Assembly: GCA_965223905.1 (NCBI GenBank)
Contig: CBDCXV010000009.1
Span: forward strand, 256,001-320,000
DNA length: 64,000 nucleotides
From: Candidatus Latescibacterota bacterium
Lineage (GTDB): Bacteria > Latescibacterota > UBA2968 > UBA8231
Reading direction: 5' to 3'
The translations under genes were made by a program, and so were the position numbers. The notes beneath the pieces were generated by a model that did not search any database, had not been told where the DNA came from, and was given only the letters and a program-made list of their open reading frames with translations. Below, piece after piece: positions 61,247 to 64,000 of the stretch; positions within the stretch are counted from its first letter, which is position 1, and each line of letters opens with the position of its first letter.

Positions 61247-63776
61247 AACGGCTGCTAACCCAAGGAATTTTGCCTGATGGGGCAGTCCTAATTACATGTT
61301 CAAGCCACGAGGCCAGATGCAAAGGCCTACTTATTTCTACCCAGGGTTGGTTGCCGAGTGAAGTGAATCTCTTTCACTACGATGACGATAATCCCATCCG
61401 TGAAAAGAACCATAGCCATATGGAATCAGAGTTTCGGAAAATCGCTTCCCGGGTGACGACCCTTCAATTTACCGAAGCCGACGCAGTCAGTAGTTTGCGC
61501 GACAATATGGAAAATCTTCAGCACTCTATATACCGCTCCGACACCAAGGCTATCGTAATAGATATATCCGTTTTCACAAAAAGGCATTTGCTCATGATGT
61601 TGAGATGGCTTGATGACTATGATCTCTGGAATCCACTATATGTCGTGTATAGTGAACCAAGTGAATATTTGATTTCTGAGCACATTCCCCTCTCATTTGG
61701 ACTCGCTTCCCTTCAACAAACTCCCGGTTTTTCCGCCTGTCCAGATCTCAGTAGACCCGTGCACCTAATAATGTTTTTGGGGTATGAAGGCGATAGGGCC
61801 ATGGCGGTCTATGAACATATCCAACCAATGAAAACCACCTTGGCCGTTCCCCACCCCCCATATCGATCAGAATGGGCGGGAAGGACAGAGCAATTTAATA
61901 GAGATCTTCTGTCTTTGGTTGGAGAACAAGCCGTGCTCAAAATCGATGCACTCGATCCAGACGCCACAGACGAGACTCTCACAAATGTCCTGGGAAGTTC
62001 TGCAAGAGGCGATTTTGCGCGCATTGTCTCCCCCCTTGGAACCAAACCACAGACCCTCGGTGTCTATAACTACGTTAGGAAGGCAGAGGATCCACCAGCA
62101 ATTGTTTATGCCAGTCCGCAGCGACACAATCACGCCTTTTATTCTAGAGGATTCGGTAAGACGGGTGTCTTAGCTGATTGTTACGGTTTCGGTGGTTGTT
62201 TTCAGGTTTTCTCGGTACTGCTGAAAGACCCGGTCAAGCGTTCCATTGTACAAGGCGCAGCGCAGGGCCAGAATGGCGTTGCTGTTTTCCTTATACCACC
62301 AAGCGCCCGACCGTTTCAGACGAACGTGGCCGATGAAGCGATGCGCCGATTCGATCGCCCCCGACCCGATCGGGTATCCGCCCTTGCGATGGCTGCCGAA
62401 ATCGACCTGGTGCAGTCGCTTTTGCAGGTAGGTCAAGGCCGTGCCGATGGCCTCTCCGGCCTCTTCCGAGAGCGGCTGCATGCGCTGCAGACCCCAGACC
62501 ACGCCGCTGCCCTCGCCGCAGAACAGGCGCGCCAGGGTCGCTTCCAGCCAATGGGCAGCACGCGCCGCATCGGCGCCGTATTGGGCCTCGGCCACCGCGT
62601 GCAGGTAGCTGCTGCAATGGTAGTAGTCGAGGATCTGACGGGCGCTCGGGAACAGCTCTTCCACCCACTTCCAGATCCACGGAGCGCCATCTCCGATGGC
62701 ACACAAGCGCACCTGATCCTCCGGGATCAGCCCCGCCTCCTTGACCTGGCGCAAGGCCGCGCCGAAGGCCTGTTCGTTGCCCATCTGGTGCCAGGAGATC
62801 AGCTGCTCGATGCGCTCATCGTCTATCAGGTAGAAGCGAAAGCCCTTGGCTTCGTGGTATTCCCCCTGCCAACGCCTTCGCCGAGCCCGGCTCTTCTTGC
62901 GTCCGGGACGGGTGCCTTTGGCGGTCTGGGGACGACTGGGCACGTCGGCCGCGTCGATGGCCAACACCACGATCGGCCGCCACTTGCGACCGGCGGCGGC
63001 TTGCGCAATGCGATCCTGGATATCGGCCGCGTCCGGACACACCTGCAGCACGTCCAACGACCCGGTCTGTTGCAGCACCTCGTGAATCACACAATCGCTC
63101 ATCGACGCGTCGGTGAGCTCGTCCAACAGTTCGGCGGCGCGCCGGTGGGGCATCTCCAGCCCCAGCTTGACCCCGGCCTGCTGCACGTCCCACTGCTTGC
63201 GCTGCGCCGACAGGCCCAGGGCCTCGTCCAGCGGATAGAACCCGTGGTGACAGCCAACGCAGTAGAAATAGGGACGCTCCAAGGTCACCGGCCCGAGCAG
63301 CGTCTCCACCGTGCGCGAGCGAGACGGGCGCGCTCGCAGCAGGCCTTTGCACTTGGGGCAGGCCGCCTCTTCCTGGGCCAGGAAATGGCCGTGGCGGCGT
63401 TCGACGAAGGCTTCCACCAAGGCCGCGGTGAGCCCGGAGCGCTCTTGAGACATCGCCGCGGTGATCTCCAGCAACGTCGGCGCACAAGATCCGCGCGCGC
63501 TCATTTGCGTCTCCACCCGATCCAGCCATTGGTCCAAGGCTTCATGCGCCCGGCTTCGAAAGCGGTCCTGACTCTGCCGCTCCTGAAAAACTTCCAGAGA
63601 GAGAATCGCACTCATCGCTCCCCTTCTTTCTGAAATCAGGGGAGCGCGCCGCAGGGGATGCGGAAAAAGAAAGCAACTTACTGTAAAATATACACATACG
63701 CACCTGAATTGCGCTATAACAATTACTTAAGACGCCCGGTAAGACCTGGGTGCTAAAGAAGGCCGAAGAAAAATGA
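61243..63776 (+). CDS. Uncharacterised protein (possibly tandem CARF-like Rossmann fold), interrupted near its 3' end by an IS
   Basis: GTG start overlaps the TIR-NTPase stop; motifs VIDISVFTK, FLGYEGDR, SPLGTKPQTLG; restored end RGFGKTWVLKKAEEK*. Confidence 0.75.
62163..63737 (-). mobile_element. IS copy 3, 1575 bp
   Basis: Same terminal inverted repeats; 8-bp TSD GGTAAGAC. Confidence 0.95.
62170..63615 (-). CDS. tnp: DDE transposase (copy 3)
   Basis: Protein matches copy 1. Confidence 0.93.
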   Translation of the reverse strand: MSAILSLEVFQERQSQDRFRSRAHEALDQWLDRVETQMSARGSCAPTLLEITAAMSQERSGLTAALVEAFVERRHGHFLAQEEAACPKCKGLLRARPSRSRTVETLLGPVTLERPYFYCVGCHHGFYPLDEALGLSAQRKQWDVQQAGVKLGLEMPHRRAAELLDELTDASMSDCVIHEVLQQTGSLDVLQVCPDAADIQDRIAQAAAGRKWRPIVVLAIDAADVPSRPQTAKGTRPGRKKSRARRRRWQGEYHEAKGFRFYLIDDERIEQLISWHQMGNEQAFGAALRQVKEAGLIPEDQVRLCAIGDGAPWIWKWVEELFPSARQILDYYHCSSYLHAVAEAQYGADAARAAHWLEATLARLFCGEGSGVVWGLQRMQPLSEEAGEAIGTALTYLQKRLHQVDFGSHRKGGYPIGSGAIESAHRFIGHVRLKRSGAWWYKENSNAILALRCALYNGTLDRVFQQYRENLKTTTETVTIS

Positions 63777-64000
63777 AGTTGGCAACGAGACTAGATCGCT
63801 ACCCGGGAAAAATGGTATCCAAACTGGCCCATCGCCTAGTTCATCTTTATGCCTCTGAAGCTGACTCCGTTATTGATCCCTTTTGCGGATCCGGCGCGAT
63901 CCTCGTTGCGGCTAAGCAAGCTGGAATCTCCGTTTCCGGGATTGATCTTAATCCCATCTCAGAATTGTTCTGTCGCGTGAAGATCCAACGATTTGATCCT
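63773..64000 (+). CDS. DNA amino-methyltransferase, N-terminal part (runs off window end)
   Basis: MKLATRLDRYPGKM...VIDPFCGSGAILVAA...GIDLNP; ATGA overlap with the preceding stop. Confidence 0.85.
   Translation, partial: MKLATRLDRYPGKMVSKLAHRLVHLYASEADSVIDPFCGSGAILVAAKQAGISVSGIDLNPISELFCRVKIQRFDP

Noticed and set aside
61057-63633. 858-aa ORF as a genuine protein
   Set aside because: Chimera of an IS end, the real gene starting at 61243, and IS antisense read-through.
54228-63737. Composite transposon carrying hsdS/TIR genes
   Set aside because: Each IS has its own matching 8-bp TSD pair and the interrupted genes rejoin cleanly, so the insertions are independent.
1-64000. CRISPR array, rRNA or tRNA genes
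   Set aside because: No regularly spaced repeat-spacer array or recognisable structural RNA gene seen by eye; the tandem repeats found are coding or only two-copy.

Overview
GC-rich bacterial window, tentatively from an FCB-group lineage such as Latescibacterota (inferred from secreted proteins with a QNYPNPFN/FlgD-type C-terminal domain, a DUF6785-like membrane protein and many enolase-superfamily/AKR genes). It has three parts. (1) 1-11.4 kb: a type I R-M locus (hsdM end, hsdS, hsdR, M48 peptidase) carrying cargo: a Kiwa-like pair, two Schlafen/AlbA_2-HATPase genes and toxin-antitoxin modules. (2) 11.5-47.2 kb: a frameshifted BNR/sialidase gene, four tandem mosaic GT-C/PTPS-related membrane glycosyltransferase paralogs, sugar-acid-type catabolic genes, two secreted S8 peptidases and small MITE-like repeats. 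(3) 47.3-64 kb: a second defence island with a zeta-toxin-like ATPase, two more AlbA_2 genes, a Fic pseudogene, hsdM and hsdS, then an AT-richer, translationally coupled operon of a TIR-P-loop NTPase, a possibly CARF-like protein and a DNA methyltransferase. Three near-identical 1575-bp ISKra4/ISLre2-like elements with 8-bp target duplications sit in the extreme 3' ends of three genes there. Best candidates for novelty: the TIR-NTPase/CARF-like/MTase operon, and degenerate copies of hsdM/hsdS gene ends that punctuate the cargo cassettes in both R-M loci. All family assignments are from motif recognition, not database searches.
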